Of a stretch of 64,000 bases of DNA, positions 40,105-49,083 are shown in pieces. A model generated the notes under the pieces. It ran no database searches and was not told the DNA's origin. It worked only from the letters and a program-made list of their open reading frames with translations. Source of the DNA: Bacteriovoracia bacterium (GTDB lineage: Bacteria; Bdellovibrionota; UBA1018; CAIPTA01); NCBI GenBank assembly GCA_050246755.1, contig JBFWVL010000001.1, positions 448,001-512,000 on the forward strand, given 5' to 3'. Made by a program: the position numbers and the translations under genes. Positions within the stretch are counted from its first letter, which is position 1; each line of letters opens with the position of its first letter.

Positions 40105-41392
40105 CGGCCCTCCTCTGCGCGCCCGCGAACGTGATGGCGCTCACCAGGGCGTGGGCTTTCGCGCGCGCTTCGGCCCGCGTGGAAGCTAAAGCCGTGAGGC
40201 CAAGCACGCGTCCTCCGCTGGTAGTCATCTCCAGACTACGGGAACGGGCCACGCCCGCAAAAAATAATTTCGCCAAGCGCTCGCCCTCTTCCTCTTGCGG
40301 TAGTAGCTCGGGCGGAACGCGAATGATATCGCCTTTTTTTACATTTGCTCCGGGATACCCGGCGGCGGCCAGTACCACGTGCACCGAAGCGGTGAGTGGC
40401 TTCATCTTAGGCCCGGTAGCGGGAAGAGAATCCAATTTTCCGTTCCGGCAAGCCTCAAGCCAAGGCAGAAGGTTTTCGTCCAGGAGTGGGAGCAGCGCCT
40501 GGGTTTCGGGATCGCCAAACCGGGCATTGAACTCGATCACCTTCGGGCCGGCCGCCGTTACCATCAAGCCCACGAACAGTATTCCCTTAAAGGGGTGCCC
40601 CCGCTCCGCCATCGCCGCGAGTAGTGGTCTCACGATCTCGGCACTCACCCGTTCGGTAAAGCCCTCGTCTAGCCAATCGGCCGGAGAGTAGGCACCCATC
40701 CCGCCGGTATTAGCCCCCTTATCACCTTCAAGAATTCTTTTGTAATCGCAGGCCGAGCCCAGGATAGTGGCTTTACCGCCGTCGCAAAAAAAGAAAGAGG
40801 AAACTTCCTTGCCCTGCAAGCGCTCTTCGATCACGATTTGTTTCCCGGCCGGTCCCACCGCCGCGTGGAGCATGAATTCATTCACCACGCTCAGGGCTTC
40901 CTCGCGGCTCTCGCATACCACTACGCCTTTGCCGAGCGCGAGGCCGTCGGCCTTAACCACCCAGCCTTTTCCCCACTCCACGCGCGTGAGGAAATCCCGG
41001 GCCGGCGCGGCATCGGCGAATACCTCGAAGCGGGCGGTGGGAATTCCCGCGTGGCGCATGATCTCTTTCGCGAAGGCCTTGGAGCTCTCAATGCGAGCGG
41101 CGGACTGGGTGGGGCCGAAGGCAGGAATCCCTTCCTGCTCGAAAAAATCCACGGCGCCATCGGCCAGTGCTTGGTCGGGGCCTACCACCACGAAACCAAT
41201 TTTATGGGAGCGGCAGAGCCTCAGCATTCCCGAAAAATCCGATGCCGCGAGGCCCGTGCACACAACCTTGGGCTCGAGCGCGATACCGGGGTTCCCGGGC
41301 GCTACAAATACCTCGAATATGCCCTTCTCGCGCGCGAGCTTCCAGGCCAGCGCGTGCTCTCTTCCGCCTCCACCCACGATTAGCACTCTCAC
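40091..41392 (-). CDS. purD: Phosphoribosylamine--glycine ligase
   Basis: GGGGREHAL, VKADGLALGKGV, NTGGMGAYSP and EFNARFGDPE; GTG start overlaps the purC stop (GTGA). Confidence 0.97.
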   Translation of the reverse strand: MRVLIVGGGGREHALAWKLAREKGIFEVFVAPGNPGIALEPKVVCTGLAASDFSGMLRLCRSHKIGFVVVGPDQALADGAVDFFEQEGIPAFGPTQSAARIESSKAFAKEIMRHAGIPTARFEVFADAAPARDFLTRVEWGKGWVVKADGLALGKGVVVCESREEALSVVNEFMLHAAVGPAGKQIVIEERLQGKEVSSFFFCDGGKATILGSACDYKRILEGDKGANTGGMGAYSPADWLDEGFTERVSAEIVRPLLAAMAERGHPFKGILFVGLMVTAAGPKVIEFNARFGDPETQALLPLLDENLLPWLEACRNGKLDSLPATGPKMKPLTASVHVVLAAAGYPGANVKKGDIIRVPPELLPQEEEGERLAKLFFAGVARSRSLEMTTSGGRVLGLTALASTRAEARAKAHALVSAITFAGAQRRADVGA

Positions 41393-42603
41393 GTGATGCC
41401 TTTCAGCCGGCGACATACTTCCGGCAAGCTGGGCATCCCTTCGAAAATGGCCTGTCCAAGCACCATTTCTCCCAGCGCGCCCGCCAGCGCCGGATAGAGG
41501 AGCTGCGCGCACTCGAGCGCCTCCCGGGGCATCGGGGCGGGCTGCTGCTTAAGCTCTTCCCGGCAAATTTTCTTCCAGTCTTTCTCCCCGCGATCGGCGG
41601 CCAGCTTCTTCGCCTTCTCCATGGCAAGGTACCAGGGCGTATCGCGGTAAATCCGGCGGAGAAACTCTTTGGAAAAATGCACTCCCTCAGGGCCGATCAA
41701 GCGCAATTCATCGGGGCCGATTGAATCCACCAGCAGGAATTTTCTTCGCGCCTTCTCGCCGGGCCGGAAAGCGAATTCGAACTTTCCGTCCCAGAGATCC
41801 AGGCCGAGCTGCAGAAATAAATCGCGGAGGCGCAGCGCGAGCAATAAATTTAGTGCCACCAGCTCGTCGAGCTCTTCCGCGGTAAGCGAGGCCACCCGGC
41901 AGGCTTCTTCGCGGGTAAGGAAGCGATCCGTAGGCTCCAGCTTGGTAAAAAATTCCACGATCGGATAAGGAAAAACTTCCCCGGCCCGGGGGCTCTCGGG
42001 AAAACCGAAACTCTGGGCGTAGCCGGGAATCTCGCGGGCGCGCTTGAGGAAGGAACTGCCCTCGGGAGCGCCAAAACGAAAAACCACTTCGAGCGGCACG
42101 AGCACATCGGCGGGCCGGCTCTCATAGGCCGAGTAATCCCATTCGAGCTTGCCCTCTTTCACTTCGGATCTCGCGGGCGGGCGCTCGAGAGCCTTCACCG
42201 CCAGGCGCTTGGCCCGCTTGCCGGGTTCCACGGCGAATCCCGCTTCGTCCACCAGGCCGAGGGAGTGGTGAGCTAAGCCGTGGCGGCGTAGATCCACCCA
42301 GAGCGGAGCACTCATGAGGCTATCGCGCCAGAGTTTGGGATAGGTATCGGGAATCTGCCAGCCGGACCAAATTTCCGGGCGCTCGAGCACGCGAAAAAAC
42401 AAGTCCCCCATCACCGCGAGCGCTTCGCCCTTGCCGGTGAGCGCGTCGGGCATCTGGCCCCAGTCGAAAATAGAGTAACGGTCGGAAAAATCGAAAACGT
42501 AGGGATCGCGGCCGGCGATTCCATAAATATCTTTTACTGACCCTGAGTAGAGCAGCCGCCCTAGCGCATCCGGGCCGGCCAATCGCTCCCTCACCGAGCT
42601 CAT
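41389..42603 (-). CDS. purC: SAICAR synthetase, long form
   Basis: LYSGSVKD, FSDRYSIFDWG, PLEVVFR, TKLE, DGKFEF, LVDSIGPDE and SKEFLR motifs. Confidence 0.9.
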   Translation of the reverse strand: MSSVRERLAGPDALGRLLYSGSVKDIYGIAGRDPYVFDFSDRYSIFDWGQMPDALTGKGEALAVMGDLFFRVLERPEIWSGWQIPDTYPKLWRDSLMSAPLWVDLRRHGLAHHSLGLVDEAGFAVEPGKRAKRLAVKALERPPARSEVKEGKLEWDYSAYESRPADVLVPLEVVFRFGAPEGSSFLKRAREIPGYAQSFGFPESPRAGEVFPYPIVEFFTKLEPTDRFLTREEACRVASLTAEELDELVALNLLLALRLRDLFLQLGLDLWDGKFEFAFRPGEKARRKFLLVDSIGPDELRLIGPEGVHFSKEFLRRIYRDTPWYLAMEKAKKLAADRGEKDWKKICREELKQQPAPMPREALECAQLLYPALAGALGEMVLGQAIFEGMPSLPEVCRRLKGIT

Positions 42604-42630
42604 GGGTTATACCCGCCGTGGTGATCAGCG

Positions 42631-43461
42631 CTAGCCATGGATATAGCCCTTTTTCGCGTTCGTAAGAAAAGCGCTGTGGGTGCCGCTGGCATTCGCCAAT
42701 TCAAGGGCCGCCAGCATCGCGTTACCCACGTTATTGATTCCCGTCCAGATTCCGCCCGGAACCGAGTTCACCCGGCGGATCACCGAAATGCCGGAATACG
42801 GATTCCGGTAGGCAGCCTCATTGAGCACGGGCACCATCAGGCGCAGCTCGTCGGAAGTTTTGGCGGGCGCGGCGAAGGGCAAGGGAGCTTCGGGATCCGT
42901 TTCGCTGATATCCACGAGGCAGATATTGACGGCATTTTCCACGGGCTTATCCGTCACGTTGAGCTCGAGCTTGGTTTTGTCCACGATCTTCTGGGCGCGA
43001 TCCAATAGCATCTGGAAGTGAGGCTGGGATTTCTTGTGCCGCTCGAATACCAAATTAAAACCTTCGAAACTGTATTGCAGATCGAGGCGGCTCCAGCGCC
43101 CTACCGCCTCTACCGCACTCTGGTAAGAGTCAGCCGCCGTAGTAAGCACGGGAATGCCGAAGGGCATCTGGGCCATCGCGAAGAAGGCGTCCACGCCGCC
43201 AATCGCCGCTCCGCAGGGAATGCCGAAAACCGGGATGAGGAGCTTCGACGCCAGGATACCAGGAAGATGTGCGGCCAGGCCGGCACCCGCGATCACGGCC
43301 TGAGCCTGAATGCCGCTGAGCTCACGGTCGAGAAGATCCGGGCTGCGGTGCACGGAGATCATGCGAAAATCCACTTCGTGGCCTTCGTGAAGGAGGCGCG
43401 CTTTGAGGGGCTCATAGATATTTGCGTCGGATTTGCTGCCGAAAATCACCAAGATCTTCAT
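42631..43461 (-). CDS. purE: PurE (N5-CAIR mutase/AIR carboxylase family) with an extra domain
   Basis: GSKSD, SVHRSP, AGLAAHLPG and QMPFGIPV motifs; 276 aa; ATGA overlap with purF. Confidence 0.85.
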   Translation of the reverse strand: MKILVIFGSKSDANIYEPLKARLLHEGHEVDFRMISVHRSPDLLDRELSGIQAQAVIAGAGLAAHLPGILASKLLIPVFGIPCGAAIGGVDAFFAMAQMPFGIPVLTTAADSYQSAVEAVGRWSRLDLQYSFEGFNLVFERHKKSQPHFQMLLDRAQKIVDKTKLELNVTDKPVENAVNICLVDISETDPEAPLPFAAPAKTSDELRLMVPVLNEAAYRNPYSGISVIRRVNSVPGGIWTGINNVGNAMLAALELANASGTHSAFLTNAKKGYIHG

Positions 43462-44951
43462 TTCTTCCTCTCCCCGGTTCTGCGCTCGCGGAACGCGATC
43501 CCCGCCGTTACGTCGGTGGGATATTTTCCGTCGAGGCAAGCCATGCACATGCTCTTGAGCCCAATGGCTTCGCGAATGCTCTCCTGATCGAGATAGATCA
43601 CGCGATCCGCGTTGAGCGCTTCCGCAATCTGGGATTCAGTGCGGCCGGTGGCAATCAGTTCCTCGGTGCTCGGGAAATCGATCCCGTAGTAGCAGGGATG
43701 GCGGATCGGCGAGCAGGTGGAAACAAAATACACTTCCTTGGCGCCCGCCCGGCGCACCAGATCCACGAGCCTTTTCGAGGTGGTGCCGCGCACGATGCTA
43801 TCGTCCACGAGGAGAACGTTCTTTCCCTTAATCTCGCTCTTCACCGGATTCAGCTTCAAGTCCACAGCCTTGGTGCGCTTCTCGGGAGTATTCAAAATAA
43901 AGCTGCGCTGGATATAGCGGTTCTTGATCAGCACTTCGCGGTAGGGCACGCCGATCTCTTCGGCCAGCGCGATCGCGGCGATGCGCGAAGTTTCGGGAAC
44001 GGGCACCACGATATCAGGCTTCATTTCCCCGCGCGCGATCGATTCCTTGATCTTGTGGGCGAGGCCCTTCCCGAGTTCGAGGCGCGCGGTATAAACCGGC
44101 TTCTCCTCGAGAATGCTCTCGGCCCCCGCGAAATAAACCCACTCGAACATGCAGGGCGTGGGCGTCTGCGCGAGCGGTAAAATTTTTCTCTGCAGCTGGC
44201 CTTCGAGATTCACGAAAATCAATTCCCCGGCCTTTAGATCGCCCACTACTTCGTAGCCGAGGAAGGAGAGCAGGATCATTTCGGAAGCCACGCAATAGGC
44301 GTCTTTTTTTACGAGCGAGCCCGAAGCGTCCTTCACCATCGTCTCGCGCTTGCCCAGGATCAGCGGCCGGATGCCCTTAGGGTCCCGGAAGGCGAACATT
44401 CCCTGGCCGGCAATCATCGAAACCACCGAATACCCGCCCACCGCTTCCTTCATCACTTTGGTCACGGCCTTTTCCAGCAGCGCGAAGCTCAGCTTGGATT
44501 CGATATTGGCCCCTTCGTCGAGCAGGGCGTCGGCAAAAAGATTCTCGATTACTTCGATATCGTTGTTCGTAAGCGGCATGCGGTGGCGCTCTTTGCGGAG
44601 CTTTTCCACCAGCGGGTAATAATTCACGAGATTCCCGTTATGGGCCATCCCAATTCCATAAGGATAGTTTAGAACCAGGGGCTGGATATCGCTTTTGTTA
44701 TCGCTCTTGCCCACCGTGGAATAGCGGGTATGGCCGAGCGCCATCCGCCCGGGAAGGCGATTGAGGATTTCCTCGTTGAAAACACTCTCCACGAGTCCGT
44801 TGTCTTTGAAGAGATGGAATCCCGGGCCTTCGCCTTCGCTGAAGGAGAGAATTCCGGCGGCATCCTGGCCGCGATGCTGGAGCGTAAATAGCCCGAGAAA
44901 AACTTCTTTGGCCGCCTCTTCCGGACCGATAATTCCCACAACTCCGCACAT
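43458..44951 (-). CDS. purF: Amidophosphoribosyltransferase
   Basis: MCGVVG, LQHRGQD, GHTRYST, CMFEWVYF, VDDSIVRGTT and C-terminal CMAC. Confidence 0.98.
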   Translation of the reverse strand: MCGVVGIIGPEEAAKEVFLGLFTLQHRGQDAAGILSFSEGEGPGFHLFKDNGLVESVFNEEILNRLPGRMALGHTRYSTVGKSDNKSDIQPLVLNYPYGIGMAHNGNLVNYYPLVEKLRKERHRMPLTNNDIEVIENLFADALLDEGANIESKLSFALLEKAVTKVMKEAVGGYSVVSMIAGQGMFAFRDPKGIRPLILGKRETMVKDASGSLVKKDAYCVASEMILLSFLGYEVVGDLKAGELIFVNLEGQLQRKILPLAQTPTPCMFEWVYFAGAESILEEKPVYTARLELGKGLAHKIKESIARGEMKPDIVVPVPETSRIAAIALAEEIGVPYREVLIKNRYIQRSFILNTPEKRTKAVDLKLNPVKSEIKGKNVLLVDDSIVRGTTSKRLVDLVRRAGAKEVYFVSTCSPIRHPCYYGIDFPSTEELIATGRTESQIAEALNADRVIYLDQESIREAIGLKSMCMACLDGKYPTDVTAGIAFRERRTGERKK

Positions 44952-44958
44952 GCGCCCT

Positions 44959-44987
44959 ACTATGGCAAAGCCACCCCCTCTAGTAAA
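44959..44987 (-). promoter_or_regulatory. Sigma-70-type promoter of the pur operon (leaderless geometry)
   Basis: Minus strand TTTACT-17 nt (ending TGc)-CATAGT-7 nt-ATG. Confidence 0.5.
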
Positions 44988-45097
44988 GGAAAGTGCCTAA
45001 ATTTAAGACGCTTTTTCAACTCTTGCGCAGGGCAAGTTCTGGTCTTTTAGCGGCACGCCGCCGCCCCTCCACAAGGGGTTGAAAGAAGACTCTTTTT

Positions 45098-45113
45098 CCC
45101 GGAAATTTCCGGG
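45098..45113. repeat. Perfect 16-bp palindrome
   Basis: CCCGGAAATTTCCGGG equals its own reverse complement. Confidence 0.9.
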
Positions 45114-45120
45114 CTTACAA

Positions 45121-45135
45121 TGGCACTGCCCTTGC
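45121..45135 (+). promoter_or_regulatory. Sigma-54 (-24/-12) promoter of the metalloprotease gene
   Basis: TGGCAC-TGCCC-TTGC with GG-N10-GC spacing, 13 nt before the ATG. Confidence 0.65.
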
Positions 45136-45148
45136 GTTAGAAGGCCTG

Positions 45149-45769
45149 ATGCGCACCCTTTTTCGCCCCGCCCTATTAGCCCTCTGTTTCGCCTTTTTGG
45201 CTCTTTCGGGTTGCGGGCGCGATAGCGAGAATAAGTCGTCGCAGAGCGCCACCTTTCGCTGGTCGGCTTTTCCGGTAGCCCTGCAGATGGAAAGCACCCT
45301 AGCCGCCAACCCCAATGCCCAAGCCGATCTCCGCGACGCCATCGCTTTCTGGGAAAATAAGGCCGGTAAACCCCTTTTTCAGCTAAATGCCGCGTATCCT
45401 TCCGGCCAAGCCGCCTTTACCGGCAACGCCGCCGACCCAGATCAGATCCTCGCCAACGTGATTCTGGAACAAAGCCCCTGGCCTTTCGCGTCCAACGTGG
45501 CGGGGCAGTCCATTGTTCACGCGGAGCAAAATATCACCCAGCATGCGCTCATGATGATCAATCCCAGCACCGTTTTTTGTACCGGCGACTGCAGCACCAG
45601 CCCAGGCGATACTAGCCGGCGCAAGCTCTTCGCCCATGAACTCGGGCACTTTCTCGGATTCAGCCACTCCACGGATCCCAACGATATTATGTTTCCGGAA
45701 ATCCAGTCGGGTGGATCGCTCACGAACGTGACGGCCGATACCGGCACCCTCAGCCAGCTCGTAGACTGA
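45149..45769 (+). CDS. Matrixin-like (M10) zinc metalloprotease lipoprotein
   Basis: Lipobox LSGC; HELGHFLGFSH zinc motif; Met-turn DIMFP. Confidence 0.88.
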   Translation: MRTLFRPALLALCFAFLALSGCGRDSENKSSQSATFRWSAFPVALQMESTLAANPNAQADLRDAIAFWENKAGKPLFQLNAAYPSGQAAFTGNAADPDQILANVILEQSPWPFASNVAGQSIVHAEQNITQHALMMINPSTVFCTGDCSTSPGDTSRRKLFAHELGHFLGFSHSTDPNDIMFPEIQSGGSLTNVTADTGTLSQLVD

Positions 45770-45824
45770 ACAAACTAACCCGCGATAATTGACCACAGGA
45801 CTCCGCCCATAGTAGGTAGGAGTC

Positions 45825-46730
45825 ATGAAAAACATTCTCGCCATCGGTTCCCTGGCCTTCGACTCGGTATCCACCCCTTCCGGCAAAGCCGAAAAAGTAT
45901 TGGGCGGATCCCTGAACTACTTCTCCATTTCGGCCAGCTTTTTCACCGGCCTACAACTCGTGGGCGTGGTGGGCGAAGATTTCCCCAAAGAACACCTCGA
46001 TTTCCTGAAAAAACGCGGGATCGATATCGGCGGCGTGAGCGTGGTTCCCGGCAAAACCTTCCACTGGACCGGCGAATACACCAGCGACCTCAACGAGGCC
46101 GTTACCCTTTCTACGCAGCTCAACGTGTTCGAGCACTTCAATCCCCAGCTGCCGGAAGCCTACCGCGACGCCGAGTACGTATTCCTCGGCAATATCGCCC
46201 CCGAGCTTCAGCTCTCCGTGCTGGAGCAAGTTCGTAAACCCAAACTCATCGCCCTCGACAGTATGAATTTCTGGATCACCGGCCGCCGCGATTCCCTCGT
46301 GAAAGTACTGCCGAAAATCGACCTCCTCACCATCAATGAAGGCGAAGCCAAGCTCCTCGCCGGCGAGAGCAACGTGGTAGTGGCCGCCGAGAAAATCCTG
46401 AAAATGGGCCCTAAAGCCGTGGTGATCAAACGCGGCGAATACGGCGCGTTCCTCTTTTTCGACGGCGAGATCTTCTCGGCTCCGGCCGTGCCCATTCGCA
46501 AAGTAGTGGACCCTACCGGTGCCGGCGACACCTTCGCGGGCGGCCTCATCGGCTACCTCGCCTCCCACGGCGCGGGCCTCGAGCAAAAAGCCCTGCGCAA
46601 TGCCGTGCTCAACGGCGCGGTAATGGCCAGCTTCACTGTGGAGGATTTTTCCTTCCACCGCCTAAAAGTGCTTGAGCAAAACGAGATCGACACTCGTATG
46701 CAACAGCTACTGAAGACGATCCGCACCTAA
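45825..46730 (+). CDS. PfkB-family carbohydrate/nucleoside kinase
   Basis: GSLAFD, LGGS, VIKRGEYGA and DPTGAGDTFAGG motifs. Confidence 0.93.
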   Translation: MKNILAIGSLAFDSVSTPSGKAEKVLGGSLNYFSISASFFTGLQLVGVVGEDFPKEHLDFLKKRGIDIGGVSVVPGKTFHWTGEYTSDLNEAVTLSTQLNVFEHFNPQLPEAYRDAEYVFLGNIAPELQLSVLEQVRKPKLIALDSMNFWITGRRDSLVKVLPKIDLLTINEGEAKLLAGESNVVVAAEKILKMGPKAVVIKRGEYGAFLFFDGEIFSAPAVPIRKVVDPTGAGDTFAGGLIGYLASHGAGLEQKALRNAVLNGAVMASFTVEDFSFHRLKVLEQNEIDTRMQQLLKTIRT

Positions 46731-46782
46731 GCTGCCTTTCCGGAGCTTGCGAAGCGCCTCGAAAAGGGTATGCTCTGATTTC

Positions 46783-47646
46783 ATGGCCGACTTTAAAGAT
46801 GACCTCGCGATCGTTCTGCGCTCTCAAGTATTTCAGGAGCGCGATCGCCTGGTAACCGTGCTCACCGAGCACCACGGAAAGATCGGCGGCATCGCCAAGG
46901 GCGCCGTGCACTCGCGCCGTTTCGGCGGCACCCTCGACCTCTTCGCCTGCAGCCAGCTCCGCTACAAAGAAACTCAGGGCGATCTCGTGCGCATCGACGA
47001 GGCCAACCTCCGCCGCGATTTCGTAAAACTGCGCGGCAAGCTCGAAAATATTTCCGCCGCCGGCTATTTCGCCGACCTCGTGCTCCGCCTCACCGAAGAC
47101 CGTCACCCCGTGCGCGAAGTATTCCTGCTGCTCTGCCACTACCTCTACTTGCTCGAAGAGCATACCGCCACTTTCGAGGTGGTGCGCTCCTTCGAGATCA
47201 AGCTCCTCGAGCGCCTCGGCTGGGCCCCCGTGCTCGAAGAATGCGTTTCCTGCGAGGCTCCCTTTTTCGGCGAAGAGCTTTCGCCCGAAGAATCCTTCGT
47301 TTCGCTCACCGTGGAGCATGGCGGTTTTCTCTGTCCGCGCTGCTCCATCACCCAGGGCGGACGCAAGGTTCCCCTCGCTTCCCTCCTTTGGATGATCCAG
47401 GCCCGCGAAACCATGATCCAGCACACGCCTTCGCTTCGCTTTCCGCTCGAGATCATGCAGGAAGCCGCCTCTGCGCTTCAGCATTTCCTGCGCTGGCACT
47501 GCCCGGGTTTGGGCAACTACGAATTCCGCTCGCATACCATGCTCGAGCAATTCCTCGCCGAGGCCCGCGCCGAAATTGCGGCTCCCCTCGCCCCGATAAT
47601 TCCCGCCGCGATCGACGAGCAAAGCGCGCCACCAACAATCAACTAA
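46783..47646 (+). CDS. recO: DNA repair protein RecO
   Basis: AIVLR..ERDRLVTVLT..GKI.GIAKGA..S.RRFGG; Zn motif CVSC...CPRC. Start ATG 46783 follows TTGCGA-16-TATGCT. Confidence 0.93.
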   Translation: MADFKDDLAIVLRSQVFQERDRLVTVLTEHHGKIGGIAKGAVHSRRFGGTLDLFACSQLRYKETQGDLVRIDEANLRRDFVKLRGKLENISAAGYFADLVLRLTEDRHPVREVFLLLCHYLYLLEEHTATFEVVRSFEIKLLERLGWAPVLEECVSCEAPFFGEELSPEESFVSLTVEHGGFLCPRCSITQGGRKVPLASLLWMIQARETMIQHTPSLRFPLEIMQEAASALQHFLRWHCPGLGNYEFRSHTMLEQFLAEARAEIAAPLAPIIPAAIDEQSAPPTIN

Positions 47647-47800
47647 ACAAAACTTGGGGCGATTTCGTACCCGAGCTAGGTAATTCACTCGAGTATCATT
47701 TCCTGGCATTGGATTGACCGCTGGCTCCGAGCTTCCTAAACTCGAATCACCCAAACATCTTTGCCTCGCTCAGGCGCCCCAATTCCAAGAAAGGAATTCC

Positions 47801-48322
47801 ATGGCTAAAACCAGTAACTTTGCGTTTCTCATTCTTAGCTTCTCTCTGCTCCCGCTCCTGGCGGCCTGCGCTCCCGATAGCCAGGCCGATGCTTCGGGCG
47901 CGAGCCGCGGCGCCTACGAAAACCAAACCATTCCGCCCGATCTAGATCCTGCCGTCGCCGGCATGGTGAACGCCGCGCTCGTTCGCGCCAACGAAATCCG
48001 CCGCGAAAATAATCTTCCGGAGCTCTCCCTCGATCTCGCGATCACCCACGCAGCCCAGGGCCATGCCGCCGATATGCTCACGCGTAATTACTTCGAGCAC
48101 GCCAGCCTCGACGGCCGCTCCCCTTTCGATCGGATGCGTAATTCGGGCGCGTCCTTCCGGGCCGCCGCCGAGAATATTGCTCACGGCCAGCGAAGCGCGG
48201 AGCAGGTATTTCATTCCTGGCTTAATTCCCCCCGGCATCGGCAAAACCTGCTGAATCCCCGCTACCGCCGTCAGGGCATCGGGTGGGCGAACGGCTATTG
48301 GGTGCACGACTTTGCGGACTAG
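47801..48322 (+). CDS. CAP/SCP-domain lipoprotein
   Basis: Lipobox LAAC; ANEIRR..LPEL, AAQGHAADM..YFEH, AENIA and WLNSPRHRQNL motifs. Confidence 0.9.
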   Translation: MAKTSNFAFLILSFSLLPLLAACAPDSQADASGASRGAYENQTIPPDLDPAVAGMVNAALVRANEIRRENNLPELSLDLAITHAAQGHAADMLTRNYFEHASLDGRSPFDRMRNSGASFRAAAENIAHGQRSAEQVFHSWLNSPRHRQNLLNPRYRRQGIGWANGYWVHDFAD

Positions 48323-48381
48323 ATTTTTAGGCGCCGTCTAATTTTCAGCAATTTTGATGAGTTACGCACTACCGACGGCAG

Positions 48382-48410
48382 TTGACACTATGCGTTAATG
48401 GGAGTAGGAT
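48382..48410 (+). promoter_or_regulatory. Sigma-70 promoter of the second CAP gene
   Basis: TTGACA-17 nt-TAGGAT. Confidence 0.7.
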
Positions 48411-48474
48411 CCGGCCTGTTCCCTGGTTATTTCGAGCATAGGGCTCGAGTGGTCCCAGGGCACGAGGTTTCCCG

Positions 48475-49083
48475 ATGCGTAAAATTCATTTCTCCCTGCT
48501 CTCCCTCTGCGCGCTCAGCTTACTCAGCGCCTGCGGAAAAGATTCCGACGATCGCCAAAACGTGGCGGTATCGCCAATTCAAAATAATGAGATCAACCTT
48601 CCCGGCGAGGACCCACAAAATATCCAGATGATCAGCGCCGGCCTCATCGAGGCGAATCAAATGCGCGCGCGCCGCGGCCTTCCGCAACTCGCCTACGACA
48701 ATAACCTAACCGTAGAAGCCCAGAGCCGCGCCCGCGGGCTCAATCGCCCCGGCGATAATTTCCAGCGTGGAAACGATCAGGTTCCCGGAAACGACTTCAA
48801 CTCCATTCAGCCGCCCCAGAGAATCCTGGATCCGCGGGCGAATAATTTCGGCAATAACGGCCAGAACCAGTTCAACCAGAACCAATTTGGCCAAAATCAG
48901 TGGCACCACAATTCTGGCCCGTACGTGGCCGAGAACGTGACCTACGGGCTCCGTTCGGCACGCCAGGCTTTCATCCAGTTCGCGCGCGAAGGACGCTTTA
49001 GTCAAAATCTATTTAGTTTGCAATTTCGCCGCCACGGCCTCGGTTATTTCCATGGCCGCTGGGTTCACCTCTTGGCGAACTAA
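48475..49083 (+). CDS. Divergent CAP-like lipoprotein with N/Q-rich insert
   Basis: Lipobox LSAC; ANQMRARRGLPQL, AENV and RHGLGYFHGRWVH align with the upstream paralogue. Confidence 0.75.
   Translation: MRKIHFSLLSLCALSLLSACGKDSDDRQNVAVSPIQNNEINLPGEDPQNIQMISAGLIEANQMRARRGLPQLAYDNNLTVEAQSRARGLNRPGDNFQRGNDQVPGNDFNSIQPPQRILDPRANNFGNNGQNQFNQNQFGQNQWHHNSGPYVAENVTYGLRSARQAFIQFAREGRFSQNLFSLQFRRHGLGYFHGRWVHLLAN

Noticed and set aside
44952-45100. Possible purine, ZTP or PRPP riboswitch ahead of the pur operon
   Set aside because: No recognisable consensus, and the promoter-like sequence directly abuts the purF ATG, leaving no leader.
48458-48472. GGGCACGAGGTTTCC as a sigma-54 promoter
   Set aside because: It lacks the invariant GC at -12, and a good sigma-70 promoter lies just upstream.
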